Assembly (NCBI GenBank): GCA_963693365.1 | Contig: CAVNZM010000001.1 | Span: 19,352,125-19,416,124, forward strand | Direction of reading: 5' to 3' | DNA from: Amoebidium appalachense | Lineage: Eukaryota; Protista; Ichthyosporea | DNA: 64,000 bases | Part shown: positions 1-13,038 of the stretch, one piece after another | Layout of the letters: each line of letters begins with the position of its first letter | How positions within the stretch are numbered: position 1 is the first letter of the stretch | The notes under the pieces: generated by a model | What the model saw: the letters and a program-made list of their open reading frames with translations, nothing else | Told to the model about the DNA's origin: nothing | Database searches by the model: none | Position numbers and translations under genes: made by a program

Positions 1-51
1 TCAGATCCTCGAGTGAGTGCGTGTGCACCAGCGCACGGGGTGACGACCGCC

Positions 52-88
<37 letters not shown>

Positions 89-414
89 GGGAGGGGGGGG
101 GGGGGGGGAGGGTAGAATTCATTCATTCCCCACGGACAACACAATCCAAAACTTACAATTTTTTTTGTAAAAACACACATTGAGTATGTGTGCACCATAG
201 TAGAGCCCATTCTCAGTGAGGCCAAAGTCGTCCACAGAAGGAAGGAAGGGGGGGGGGAAGGGGGGGATGTCATGTATGTGTGTGAAAGTTGTGTGGTGAT
301 GTGGTGTGATTTGCTTGGGTGAGTAGATGGTAGGTAGGGTACTGGTGTGATGGGTGCGCACGTGGCCCTCCGCAGGGGGGGGGGGGGGGGGGGGTTGTAC
401 CATGGTATTGGTAC

Positions 415-1431
415 CATTAGAGCTGGGCTTGTTCTTCTCTGCTGGGGCTGACGAATCGGGGGGGCCAATGCTGGGCAGGGTGGCCTGAAGGAGGCTCAGA
501 GACTCACGCATAGAATGCCGCCGTGACTTCTCGAGATCGTTGCGCTTCAGCCGATCCTGCTCACGTGATGGGCCTGTGTGCGATGGAAATTACATAATCG
601 ATTAACACGATGTTTGTCGGGCAAAAATACTTATAAAATGTGGGATTTGCTTACTTGTATTTAAAACTGAGCCAGTATATCTCCAGCAACCATATCACCC
701 ACTTGTATCCTACAGAGTCAGTATATGTCCCCAGTACCCACATACCCTCCAACAACCCAAACTCCCATCCATGTCCATATGAAACACTATACTATATATA
801 TATACAAGATTTAGGAAGGCCCACCCACAACTTTTGGAGCCAGTATATCTCCCACACCCACCATATCCCACCTACATCCACACCAATACGTATATCTCCC
901 CACACCCATAATATCCAACCTACAACCACACCAACACGTATATCTCCCACACCCATCATATCCCACCAACATCCACACCAACACGTACGTCTCCCACACC
1001 CATAATATCCCACCTACATCCACACCAACACGTATATCTCCCACACCCATAATATCCCACCTACATCCACACCAACACGTATATCTCCCACACCCATAAT
1101 ATCCCACCTACATCCACACCAACACGTACGTCTCTCACACCCATGTCCACATAAACCAGAACATATTTCCAGCTTACACATGGCCCACCCACCTCCATTT
1201 TCGCTTGCCTGCCTCTTCTTGCGCCCCATCATCTTCAATTTTCCTGCACCCTCCGACAATGCACGACAAATCACGGATTTTGTTGGGTACGGACTGCTCG
1301 TGCTGCTGGAAACTTGAACGGGGGGTTCCAAAGACGAGGGCGTCTCCGGTGCGGCGGGGGTTTGTGGACAACTTTCCGTCTTTGAAAGGTTTAGGATGTC
1401 GGATTCCGGTTCTGAACTCGGGCACAAGTGC

Positions 1432-1508
<77 letters not shown>

Positions 1509-1752
1509 GCGCACGTGTATGTAAGTGGTGTGTTGGCGCATGTGCCTGCATTCGGGTTTGTTACGCATGGGTAAATGCACATGTCCATCGATGGTCTGTC
1601 ATCACACAAACCATAAACCTGCACACCTCCATTGCACACTAGCAGACATGGTGGCATATAAAGTCAACAGACACAACAGACTCAACCATGCATTCGAGGA
1701 TAATATGGAGGGAGAGAGGAGAGGGAGGGGAGGAGGGGGAGGGGAAGTTGGA

Positions 1753-1789
<37 letters not shown>

Positions 1790-1973
1790 GACACAGAGAA
1801 AGACGGGGTGAGAGGGGGATGATCGCAAACATTGAGCATCTACCTTGGCTCAGATTGAAAGCAGCCGGGGTGCAAGGCACGGGTAATCGAGAGGGAAACA
1901 AGAGAAACACAAATTGCAAGGTGTGTGGGTGGAGGAGGGAAGGTATGGGATTATGTTGGGGTGGATGGGTTAT

Positions 1974-2021
<48 letters not shown>

Positions 2022-2108
2022 AAGAATGACAGGCATTAGGAGAGGAAAGATTTGACAGGGTGACAAGAGCATGTGGATGTGCAAGTGTGCCATGTCCATG
2101 TGTTGTTG

Positions 2109-2156
<48 letters not shown>

Positions 2157-2173
2157 CCCCCCACACACCCCTT

Positions 2174-2227
<54 letters not shown>

Positions 2228-3617
2228 TGTGTGTCGGTGTGTGTGTGTGTGTCATGGTTGCATGGTGTCGGGAGAGTGAGGGGGGGAGGGGGGAGGGGAG
2301 AGAGAGAGAGAGTCTGTGTGTGTGTTTGCGTGTGTATGTGCATGTGTGCGTGCGTGCTCCTGTGGGCCGTGTGGATGTGTTTTTGTCTGTGTGTTAGTGC
2401 GTGCGGAAATGTGTGTGGGCCCCTTCCTTTCTCCTTCCCTCCGTCATCATCTCTCACACTCCTTCTCTTTTGTGTGTGTACGTGTACATGCACACGTGCC
2501 CACTGTGTGCATGCTCCTGCCATTAAACTACCCATGTGTGTGTCTTACATATCTGTGCCCAACTGTGTCCTCCCAGACCCAGTCAGAGCATACCATATCA
2601 TCCATGGCCCTGGCACTATCCAGGAGTTTCTCCAGACACCCTGCTGAATTCTTCGACTCGGTGGCCATCACCAATTGGTTCAAGATCATCATGTCGTCAA
2701 GTGAGATCCAATCAGGCTTGTGCTCACAGTCCAACTTGGGCTCCTGGAATGTGGTGGTGTGTGCAGGTGAGTAGTTGGTACGTGGCAAGCAAATACAGAC
2801 GGGGCCAGGAAAAATGTGGAGAGCCGTGTATTGAGACAGTGGGGGGTAGAGAGAGGTGTGTTTGTGTGTACGTGTGCACGTGCATGTGTTTATGTTGTCG
2901 GTGGGTGGTTGGGTGGGGGACAAGGGGGAGGGAATGGAAAGGGTTAGACGTGTACATGTGTATGGGAAAGGGGAAAGAGGAGCGAGAGAGACAGAGAGTT
3001 ACAAGAAACACAAGTGCATGATGGAAAACACGAGCTTGGTAGTGAATGTGGCCTAATGTGCCCGTGACTGCTTGCGTGCATTTCTAACCATGGAATCTGC
3101 AGGTGCATGTGATATACATGGGCAAGAGTGCATGGGCCGCACCGGGTGGGAGGGGGGGAGGGGGGGGGGGGGGGGGGAGGGAGGGGGGAGGGGGGGGGGA
3201 GGGAGGTGAGGAGGAGACTGCCTAAAGGGGAAGTGAATGGAATGTTTGGGCTCATGTTTTGATAGTTCCGTCTCAGCTGAGAGATTATTTGTGAGAGGAA
3301 GATGTGTGTGTTAGTGTGTGCGTTTGTGTGTGTGCGTGTATGGTGATCGTGACGGTTGTATGCGTTGTTGTTCAGGTCGAGGCAGTTACGGTGTGTGTGT
3401 TTGTGTGTGTGTGTTTGTGTGTGTGTGTGTATGTGTGTGTGTTGAGGTAGAGGGGGGGGGAGGTCGGTGCTTGAATGTACAAGTGCGCTGTATGTGTGTG
3501 TGTGTGTGTGTGTGCATGTGCGCACGCGCGTGCGCCGGGGAGGGGGGGGGGGGGGGGGGGGCAAGAGTCATGCACGTGTGTGTGTTTTACGGGGCTTCCC
3601 CCTGGGTGTGTGTGTGT

Positions 3618-3658
<41 letters not shown>

Positions 3659-3937
3659 AGGCAGAATACGGTACACAATTCGAAGTAAAACTTCTTATCT
3701 TGTAAAGGAATGCCTCTTTGCAAAGAATAACAAGAGGGGAGGGGGGGGGAGATATAAAGCACCTGTACGGGGGTAGCCTCCACTAATTGGCCGTTTCGGG
3801 CCACATATGGGTCAGACACTTGAGCCACAGAGCATAGAATCACGTTGCCCGTGTTCGTCTGTGCCTGCTGTGAAGCAACCTGCACATGGGTGGAAAAGTT
3901 CGTGCTCGTGGCAGCGTTAGGAACTACAAACTGGATC

Positions 3938-3980
<43 letters not shown>

Positions 3981-5708
3981 GCTGCTGCTGTTGCTGTTGT
4001 TGTTGTGCTTGTGGTGTGAACGACATATTGTTCCCTGTTGCGATTTGTGCTCGTTGCTGTGGCTGGGTTGCGGAAAACGAAGCGCTCGCTTGTTTTAAAA
4101 CGTTGGATGGGGCAGGTGTCAAAAACATGCCTCCCCCTACTTGTGGTTTGCTATCGACAGCATTCCCCATTTGTATGGCGTGTTGGGTGGCGAAAATTCC
4201 CCCGACGTTCCTACTTTCCTTCTCACATGCACCCATGGAAACGGCTGGGATGCACGTGTTTGAAAACCCTCTGCCGTTCACAACACCTTCCATTCCATCC
4301 CGTAACACACTGGAGGCCTCCCGCGCACCACTCCACTCTCCACTGACCGAATTGCATGGGGGAAACTGAAAACTTGATGCCGGCGTGTTGGATAGAGTGG
4401 GTACCCCGTTTATGTTTTGCGCAAATTGTTCCGTTTGCTGTTGCATATTCGGTGGGGGTGGTTGGACGGTAGGGGACAGAATTACAGGGCTATCCAAGGG
4501 GGTGCGGATGGAAAGCCGTAGAAGCGCACGCTGTGCCGTGCTGGAAACACCTGGAACACACGTGTTTGCGCCCCCAGAAACAAGACCTTGGCCGGGTTGT
4601 AGGCCATTGGGTGACGGGCCGGGCGGTGTGGATGCTGGTGTTTGGGCCTGTGAAGATGCGGTAGAGACAGCAACGGACGTAGGGAACGGAGGCTGAGGTG
4701 TGTGTGTGTGCATGGGGGGGTACATCTGCCCCTGTGCCTGCCGTTCGTGCGGTTGCAAAGGCGTGTACACGTGCTGTGCAACATTGCCCGTGTTTGTGTG
4801 CGACGCCTGCACGTGTGGCTGCATGTTGGGAGGGGGTGCCGGTGGAACCATTGTTCCAGAAACGACACCATTACCAAATTGGGCAGCTGGGGCAGAAACA
4901 TTGGCCAATGGAAATGTTCCTCCCGTAATCATCTGGTTCTGATTGGTCCCTGAACCGGCCGGAATTACGCTATTGGCCCCGTGTGGCAGGGACGGTGCCA
5001 CTGCTTGATTGGACGCCAAAGAAATCCACTTGGGCTGCTGGGGCATCGGCTGGCTTTGATTGGCTGGCATGTGTGACGATGGTGGTAGAAGCGTGCCTTG
5101 TACTCGAAATCCGGGTGCCGTGGCCTGCAAGAGTATGTTCGGCGCCGATTGCGATGCTGCCAGCGGGGGATGGCAGGAGGGGACAGTCGGATTTGCCCCC
5201 CTCCCATGCCCTTGGACGAGCATGTATTGCGGGTAGGGGGGTTCCTGCTGTAGTGTGTTGAGACCCCCCATGCTTACATTTCCCTGCGACTGAGCGTGGC
5301 GTAGGGCGGCGGGTGGGTACTGGCAAACGGTGGGGGCACTTTGTGATACTTGGTTGCCGTGTGCCTGTGACTGTTGGAGTGGAAGATTCCCGAACGAATG
5401 TGTGGAGGTGGGGTTGGGTGTGTGCATACCCATCGCCCCGAGCGATTGCGTGTGCCGAAGGGCTGCAACGCGATGGTGAGCATGGCCGGTAAGCCGTAAT
5501 AGCGGGTTGGTGTTAGGCGTGGGATTTGTGGGTGGTTGTGGCACCGCGCCCCCAGGGATGAAAATGTGTTGGGTTCGTGGCGTGGGTGCACATCCTGGCT
5601 GTAGGCCCAACCCGTTCTGGTTACCTGTTGGAAACAACATTCAGTAAATGTCAGATTTTTGAATCTTTCCTGATCCATGCAGCTAGGCAGATCCGAGTTC
5701 CCTTTTAT

Positions 5709-5744
<36 letters not shown>

Positions 5745-5772
5745 CCCCCTCCGAAAAAAAAAAAACACAAAT

Positions 5773-5810
<38 letters not shown>

Positions 5811-5811
5811 C

Positions 5812-5845
<34 letters not shown>

Positions 5846-6754
5846 AAAGAAGGAAAAAACACATGCACGCACGCACACACCCACATCACACCACGCACAT
5901 GCACAGACGAGCAAACACAAGCACATGCATACATGCACGCACGCACGCACGCACGCACGCACACAAACACCCACCCACACGCACGCACGCACATACGCAC
6001 GCACATAACACACACACTTGCGCACACGCACGAGGAGCGAAAACACACACACACACACACACAAAGATACCTCCACCTCCACCACCACCATCATTACTAC
6101 ACACTGACACTGATGAACTGTGGTGATTCAATCGTCCCCGACCATCTTAAGTCCCCCACCTTCCCCTACTCTCCTCCATCCTCCCCCCCCCCCCCCCCCC
6201 CCCCCTCCCCCTCCCCATCTACCTCAGAGTAGGAAGAAGTGGAAGGGGGAAAGCAAAAAAAACATTGGGGAGACTCGGACGCAGATAGTACCCTAACAAC
6301 TGGTACCCTTCTCTTTTCCACATGTCCAATATTTCTATAACCCTCCTCCACTGCTCCCCCTGCCCGTCTACCGTGCCCGTCTCCCCACTTCCTTCTATGA
6401 CAATCTCTCTGCCCATGCGATAGCCCTCCCAACATACCACCAAAATCACCTTGGAAGCAATAGTGCCTGTTCTCACTCACCCATACTTTCTTTCTGCACA
6501 AGTGTTTTGTATGACCCAGATCAGCACACCTGTCAAGACAAGAATCGTGCGTGTAGATACTTGTGTTCCCATATATCGAATCTGAGTGCCTGTGCGCTGT
6601 GTGCGTGCCAGCCATTACGCGTATATGCATGCACACGGCAAGACACAAGAGTGGTAATACCTATGGAAATGGCCCCGTTTGGGATCAATATCGTATTGGG
6701 CGGAAGAAGGGTTCCAGCCGGCGGTTGCTGGTTTCCATTCCGCCAAACGTCCAT
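415..6754 (-). CDS. bHLH transcription factor, Mad/Mnt(Myc-Max network)-like; 3' end lies beyond the left window edge
   Basis: Phase-compatible GT-AG exons 6754-6661, 5624-3763, 2743-2594, 1433-1193, 573-~415. The last visible exon encodes [28 protein letters not shown] (basic region plus helix 1, cf. Mad-type RSTHNELEKNRR). Long Q/P-rich N-terminus. Small extra exons are possible. Confidence 0.75.
843..1144. repeat. 47-bp minisatellite, ~6.4 copies, intronic
   Basis: Unit GTATATCTCCCACACCCATAATATCCCACCTACATCCACACCAACAC with period 47 (e.g. 1032, 1079). Confidence 0.9.
3937..4005 (-). repeat. Coding CAA/CAG repeat (~23 Gln) in the bHLH gene
   Basis: (TTG/CTG)n on + inside the 690-aa ORF. 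Confidence 0.9.
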
Positions 6755-7049
6755 CGCAATACTCCCACCACCAAGAGGTCACGTAACAGAAGCATTCAAC
6801 GCTTGTGCACAAAGCAATGTCTAGATGATGTGCCTCGGCGACCTCTGTGCAGGTGAGAGTTTTTAGCTCCTATTTTATAAAAGTGAGATGGAGGGTGGGG
6901 AACCGAGGCAACTGAGGCAGACGAGCTGTTACATAGAAATAGGAAACGAGGTTCTGTGTGTGTGTGTGTGCGCGCGCGCGCTTGGAGAGAGAGGGAGAGA
7001 ATGTGAGAGTGTGTGTGCGCATGTGTGTGTGTGTGTGTGTGCGGAGAAG

Positions 7050-7164
7050 AGAGAGATAGAGAGAGAGAGGGAGGGAGGGAGGGAGGGAGGGAAGGAAGAA
7101 AGGAAGGGGAAAAGAGGGGAAGTGGAGGATGGAGAGAAAAATGGGAGGTGGGGAGGATGGGGGG

Positions 7165-7195
<31 letters not shown>

Positions 7196-7283
7196 GGGGG
7201 GAGGGGGCCGAGCGAGAGAAAAGAGATATGGGAGAAAAGGAGAACGACACACAGAGAGAGATAGATGGATAGAGAGGGAAAGC

Positions 7284-7357
<74 letters not shown>

Positions 7358-7414
7358 GAGAGAGAGAGAGAGAGAGAGAGAGTGAGAGAGTGAGAGAGAG
7401 AGAGAGAGAGGAAA

Positions 7415-7462
<48 letters not shown>

Positions 7463-7650
7463 GGAGAACGAGTGAGAGAGAGATAGAGAGCGAGAGGGAG
7501 AGCGCGGAGAGAGACAGGTGGGGAGGGAGGGAGGGAGAGAGGAAAGATGAGGGGACGAGGGGAAGAGAGAGAGAGAGGGAGAGAGGGAGAGAGGTAGAGA
7601 GGGAGAGAGGGAGAGGGGGAAAGGGAGGGTTTGAACGAGTGAGTGAGAGA
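7050..7650. repeat. Compound (AG)n / poly-G purine tract
   Basis: About 600 bp of almost pure A/G on +. Confidence 0.9.
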
Positions 7651-9022
7651 GAGAGCTCACTGTGCAAATATGAAGCTGGTGCAGGGGGGTAGGAAGTGGG
7701 CTACAGAAAGCCATACTAAAGCAAAAAAAAAAGACAAGTGCTTTACTGGGGGGGAGCAAGTGGATGTGACAGCTGCCTCCGAAGTTACACATGCCGAAAC
7801 GAAGACATTCTGAATACCGAACAGTGAAACGAAGATTAGAAGTAAGGTGAAGGTCTTAGGGGTGTGAGGGGGAAACACTGAGAAAACTGGAAGTCGTCTC
7901 TATGAACAGAGAGAGAGCAACACAAGCATAGAGCAACATGATAAGTAAAGTTTTATGAAGAAGAGGAGCCCCAAAATTGTTCCCACAAGGTTCCAATGAA
8001 CGTTGCTCCGTTAAAGAGTATGAGCTAGGCCTACAAGCCACAAGTACTGCAGTATACACAACCAAAAAAACGAGCACAATATAAGGGAGAGAACAGGTAG
8101 GAAGGGTGGAGATGCCCACAGAGTAGGTCACGTACAGTTTCACCACCGCAGCATAAAAAGAGACTGAGTCCGCAAAAGGCCGGGCCTACGTTCGGTTGGT
8201 TTCGGAAGCCTTTACAACAGGGGCTACCCCAAAAATATGCAGTCTGAAACAAGGCTACGAGCAGCTGCAGGAAACGTCGTAGGGGTTGGCTCAAAATTAC
8301 ATTCTCAAACGGAGTGAAGGGAAACAGGCCCGGTAGTAGTTGAAATAGACAACACACGAAGTCGCCAAATATAAAAATGATAGTAAAGCGGTATAAACTC
8401 GACTCCTTTTTTTCATAAACAGAGCTCGAGAGAAAACCGTGAATCATGTAAACTCAGCCGAACAGAACGCGCCGCAAGCCCCAGTGCAGCCGCGATGCGA
8501 GCAGATCGGGAAGACTATCCAAAGACGATATTTTGGCTATCTCGCATCCACTCCGTATCACATTCCCTTCTCCTTGCATACAGGCCGGGTTAATATTTAC
8601 ATGTAGACTTTCTGTGGTGCATGGAAAGTAGCGGGGATGTGCTGCAATTTTGGAAATTCAAGATTCTTTGTCTTCATTTCTACAAAAATATTTTTTCTTT
8701 TGACTCCGTTATACTGTTTCACAGCAGTTTAATATATCTCGTGAGAAATTTGGAAACTTTGGACCGCCCAAATTCCTTTCAAGCCGCCCGGCGGACAGGC
8801 CAATGATTAAAAGCATATACTTTTCAGGTGCTTGAATAATAATAAACACATAACAAATATATATGTGAATATTTATTTGTGACAAATTATTACATCGATG
8901 TCAACCCTATGATAAACCGCCCCCTTTTCAATGCATGCCAAACAGCTGTGACCGTTGTACTTTCAATGTGGCAAACCAATCCAAACGGCCCGATTGATCA
9001 CGCTCCACCACTGTGTCCTCAG

Positions 9023-9399
9023 TAAGCCTATGTAAAAAAATCCCGCATCTCCACAGGATATTTAGGGGTCCTCGGGATATGGGATATATCCAGATATTTA
9101 GGCAGTTTTGGGATAGTTCCAAATGATATTTAGGGAGGGGCGGGATTTCCAATCTATCCACAGGGGGTGGATATATCCCGGTCGAGCGCTCAGGATAGAT
9201 TTAGGTATCCCGTGGGTTTAGGGATATATTATATATGTTTGTGGCCAGGGATATCACAGCAAATAGGCTAAGATCAAGGTTGTGAACGAGAGCAAAGTCA
9301 GGCTGATAAAAAGTCATGTATATGTAGTAGAAGATAAGTAGTCGACGTGAGCAAGGATAAAATTTCATTGTGGTGGCAAGACCGTCCCGTGCCTTGAGT

Positions 9400-9434
<35 letters not shown>

Positions 9435-9731
9435 CCCAGCCTTTGGCCTTCTGGTTCGTGCACACATACTCTTTTTCATGCATGCATACAAGTTATTCCT
9501 CCCCCCCCCCCCCCCCCCCCCCCCCCCCTTCCGGCCCCCCCCCCACCCCCCGCCCTCAATCGAGGCCGGGGCCGGCCACACGTGCACTGCAGACTTGTCA
9601 CGACTCACACGTACGTAATGGTGCATATGATCCATATGCCTTTTTATGCATGCATGCATCCCCCCGGCCTCCCCCCCCCCCCTCCCCCCCCCCCCCCCTC
9701 CCCCCACCCACCCACCCACCCACCCACCCAC

Positions 9732-9806
<75 letters not shown>

Positions 9807-10090
9807 GCACACGTGATACTTAGGCCTGAGTCTTCGAAATATTATGGATACCTGCCCGCCGGGCTAAGTTTAGCACCGGATATTAGCCCGGATATTTAGG
9901 CTTCAGCGAGAGAAAAATGATATTTCTCGGGATAGATAGGGGCCCAAGGGATAGATGAACTTGATATTTAGGTCCATTTTTCGGGATCTTCCGGGATATG
10001 ATCTATGATATTTAGGTAGGTTTTGTGATAGATCGGGAGAAAAGCAATATGATATTTAGGTAGTTTTTGGGATAGATTTACATAGGCTTA
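9023..10090. mobile_element. Non-autonomous hAT-type DNA transposon (1068 bp)
   Basis: Perfect 14-bp TIR TAAGCCTATGTAAA (9023-9036) / TTTACATAGGCTTA (10077-10090); 8-bp TSD GTCCTCAG at 9015-9022 and 10091-10098; seven subterminal GATATTTAGG copies; no transposase ORF. Confidence 0.9.
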
Positions 10091-11878
10091 GTCCTCAGGC
10101 CCCAGCAGCCTTTTCATTTACCGAATCACCTGACAAAAATAATACAGCTAGGGAGTACTTGTGGAGAGCATATGCGAGGTCATACATCAGTTTCTGCTAA
10201 TTAAAGGTAGATTGAATATAATTTATTATCTGTTGGCAGGAGCGTCTTGACAGACATTTAGTGCACAGTGTGAAGTGGAAGCCATAAAATTCAAGAATGA
10301 AATCCAGCCCCGGGCATTTCAAATGAGATCCGGGGAGAACCCCGTTCAATTTTGCCCGGACTGGTCTACTATAGCACCTGGTTCTCCGTAGACCTGCTGA
10401 AATGAGGTCACGCCGCATCACCTTTTTTCAAATAATGTATGTGAAAAATAAGAAAAGTAGAATAATAGGTATTATAATGAATATCTAACATTACGAACCG
10501 CCTCTACAGTTATATGGGAATTTGATAGCCATCTTTAGGTATTCGGCAAATAAGCCATTCGAGTTTTGGGGGAACCCCCTGATTCCCGGACACGCCGGCT
10601 CCGTGACGCAGAGTATGCCTCTTTAAAGAGCACGAAAAGCGCTTTCTATATAAAATATAATAGGATTGTGATTCTAGCATGAAGAGTGTTGGTGGAAGAC
10701 GTGTGGGGCCGGCCAGCTAGCAGACTGGAACCATCGGGCTCATGAGCTGGCTGGGCGGCGCGGCCACGCCGCGGTCATGTGACCTCCCCACGCATTCAGG
10801 TATGCCATATGGGATCAACGTCATCAATGATTGGTTACCGGGTGAGCCTACTCTGTACCCGGCTCCTGATTGCTTTTCGAATTCCTTGTACAAACCCTTT
10901 TTATTCTGCTGGCCAGTAGATGCGTCTCCAGTCCCAGCTCGAGTGTACAGCATCTCCAAGTATGTGTTAGATGAAATATTATATTTTTCATTCTTTTTGT
11001 GTGTATTTTGAAATCCTTAATGCACCTCCAGTCTTTCTTGTGCGGACACGAGGCAACATGGTGTGTGTGTATGCCCTTTAGCCATTTCCGATTGGCCTTC
11101 TTGAATCTTGAGCCTATTTTTCATTCGTGGTTTGTCATACTTGCCTGTAGTCCCAGCCCGGGGCCGCCGTCCTAATGTGGCATCCTTCAATCAGATGCCG
11201 AGTTTATAACTTACGGCGAGCCTGTAAAAGCCCTGGCCTGGCCTGGGAACTGTGCGGGATTCTATGCAATAGCGAAAGATCTAGCCAAATTTCAAAAGGT
11301 ACAAACATTTCGTGAGAGAGTTTTGAGCCATATATGAGGAACTTCAGAAGAGGTCGCCACTCTCACATAGTGCTATAGGAGTAAGCAATACAAGAATATA
11401 TAAAACTCCATTCAGTCAGTTTTTTCGTCCATTAGCTTCTTATCCACACCATGATATGATGCATCAACATTCCACTTGGCTATTTTATTTTATACTACTT
11501 AGAAAAATTTCACATAAGGTGGTGATGCAAATTTCAGGATTGGGGTCCAATGTGGGGTTCTACAAAAACCATTGTTTAACGATATATATGCAGGTACTCA
11601 TGATGGTGCCTGGCCATGCCCCTGTTTATAAGCGCCTCACAGCTTCAGTCACGTCCATTCAGAGAACAAAACACGGCGCGAGTTTGTGTGAATCCGTGAT
11701 AACTAAGAAAAACGAGAAAGTAAGAGCGAGGTTAGAAACTTGCTTACTCCCCACGCTCACAACATATTTCAGGGTTGGGACAGATACGTCAGCCATATTT
11801 CACAGGGACAGTTGCTGATTCAGCCAGGTCTCTGCGAGTATTGTTTGAGAATGGAGCCTCACACGTAAGCATCTTGCC

Positions 11879-11886
11879 TATAAATA
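11879..11886 (+). promoter_or_regulatory. Candidate TATA box of the cyclin gene
   Basis: TATAAATA ~210 bp upstream of ATG 12093. Confidence 0.4.
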
Positions 11887-12092
11887 GACGAACTCAGACC
11901 CCATTTTCGAAGGACAAACACGAAGCAAACGCGCCGCTTATTCTGTATTAATTCGTTCGTATCACCTCTTCCGTAGTTGCATTATAGTTTTTTTGTTATA
12001 TTCGTATTTTTTCACACGTTTGCACTTTTCGAAAGGACGAATCCCGCAAGTTTCTTTGTGCCTCTGCCTGGTGCTTTTCGCGATCTCTAAAA

Positions 12093-13038
12093 ATGGCTGG
12101 ACAAGTGGCCTCCCCTGTAAACCCTCTTCAGTTTGGGTGTTCCCGTGTAGTCCACGCAGCAGCAATGTCGTCCGTCCACAAAGAAAACATGGTTCCCGTC
12201 CGCCCCTTGACGGAGTTCCTGTGCACTTGGAGCCGCACCTACAACTGCACAACTCTGTCAACACAGTGCTCGACGTCTCCGGCTTATTCCGCCACGAATT
12301 GGTGAGTACAGGGTCTGCGTTTTTGTTGTTGGCTTCTTGTATGCTTTTCGGGTTTTGTTGGTCTTTCAACCAGCTTTTGTACTTACTACTTTTTCCCCTG
12401 CAGCTACCTCCACAGTCATCCGCAAGATCTCCTTACCCTTCTTCACCGTGTGGAGGGTGAGCTTGGTGTTCCTCGTGAGGTCATCGTTGCCGGACTGGTC
12501 TACGCTGACCGCGTTAAGAAAAAATGCACAGACAGCGCTGTGTGGATACTGTGTCACGCTCGGCTGCCTTATCCTTGCTTTGAAATACCTGGACGACGAA
12601 GTGTGTCAAGTGAATAAGCGGTGGGCGTGGCTGGCAGGGCTTGATCTTGCCAACTTCAACCAGCTTGAGCTTTTCGTTCTGCGCGTTTTGTCATGTGGGC
12701 TCTTCATCGAGCCTGTCATGTTCGACACTTGGGCTAAGGCCCTGACGCATGAACTGGCCCTCCCCTGGGTGCCGCAGCAAGAAGTTACGCCATCGACCCG
12801 CCCCGTGCAACGTTCGGACAACAGCACCGACACCACTCCCGTTCTTGTTTCTGTTCCTACCGTTCAAACTGTGCCTACGTCGTCACTCAACAGACCACAA
12901 GTCCCTATGACATATACGATGAATGTTACTCCCATGACTTACGTAAACCCGTATGGGTTGGTGCTTCAGATGCCGGCGGTGGCAGGTATGGTCGGAGCCA
13001 ACCAATATGCAACGAAGACGTCGGCGTCGTGGTGCTGA
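12093..13038 (+). CDS. Pho80/Pcl/CNPPD1-type cyclin-fold protein with an apparent 1-nt frameshift near 12519-12524
   Basis: Exons 12093-12301 and 12404-13038 (GTGAGT..CAG intron). The spliced frame reads LLHRVEGELGVPREVIVAGLVYADRVKK; the +1 frame continues LGCLILALKYLDD..NKRWA..GLDLANFNQLELFVL, the rest of the cyclin box. Confidence 0.8.

Noticed and set aside
843-1144. Regular repeats as a CRISPR array
   Set aside because: Contiguous units without unique spacers; eukaryotic intron; no cas genes
8031-8447. 138-aa hydrophobic ORF upstream of the bHLH gene
   Set aside because: Composition fits a T-rich 5' UTR or promoter; no domain evidence
10646-11011. TATA-like box followed by a GC-rich hairpin and an 89-aa ORF
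   Set aside because: No recognisable ncRNA or protein features and no completed splice model
11142-11157. TGCCTGTAGTCCCAGC matching the 7SL/Alu-domain motif
   Set aside because: No upstream Alu-domain helix and no S-domain helix 8 motif downstream; an Infernal SRP search would settle it
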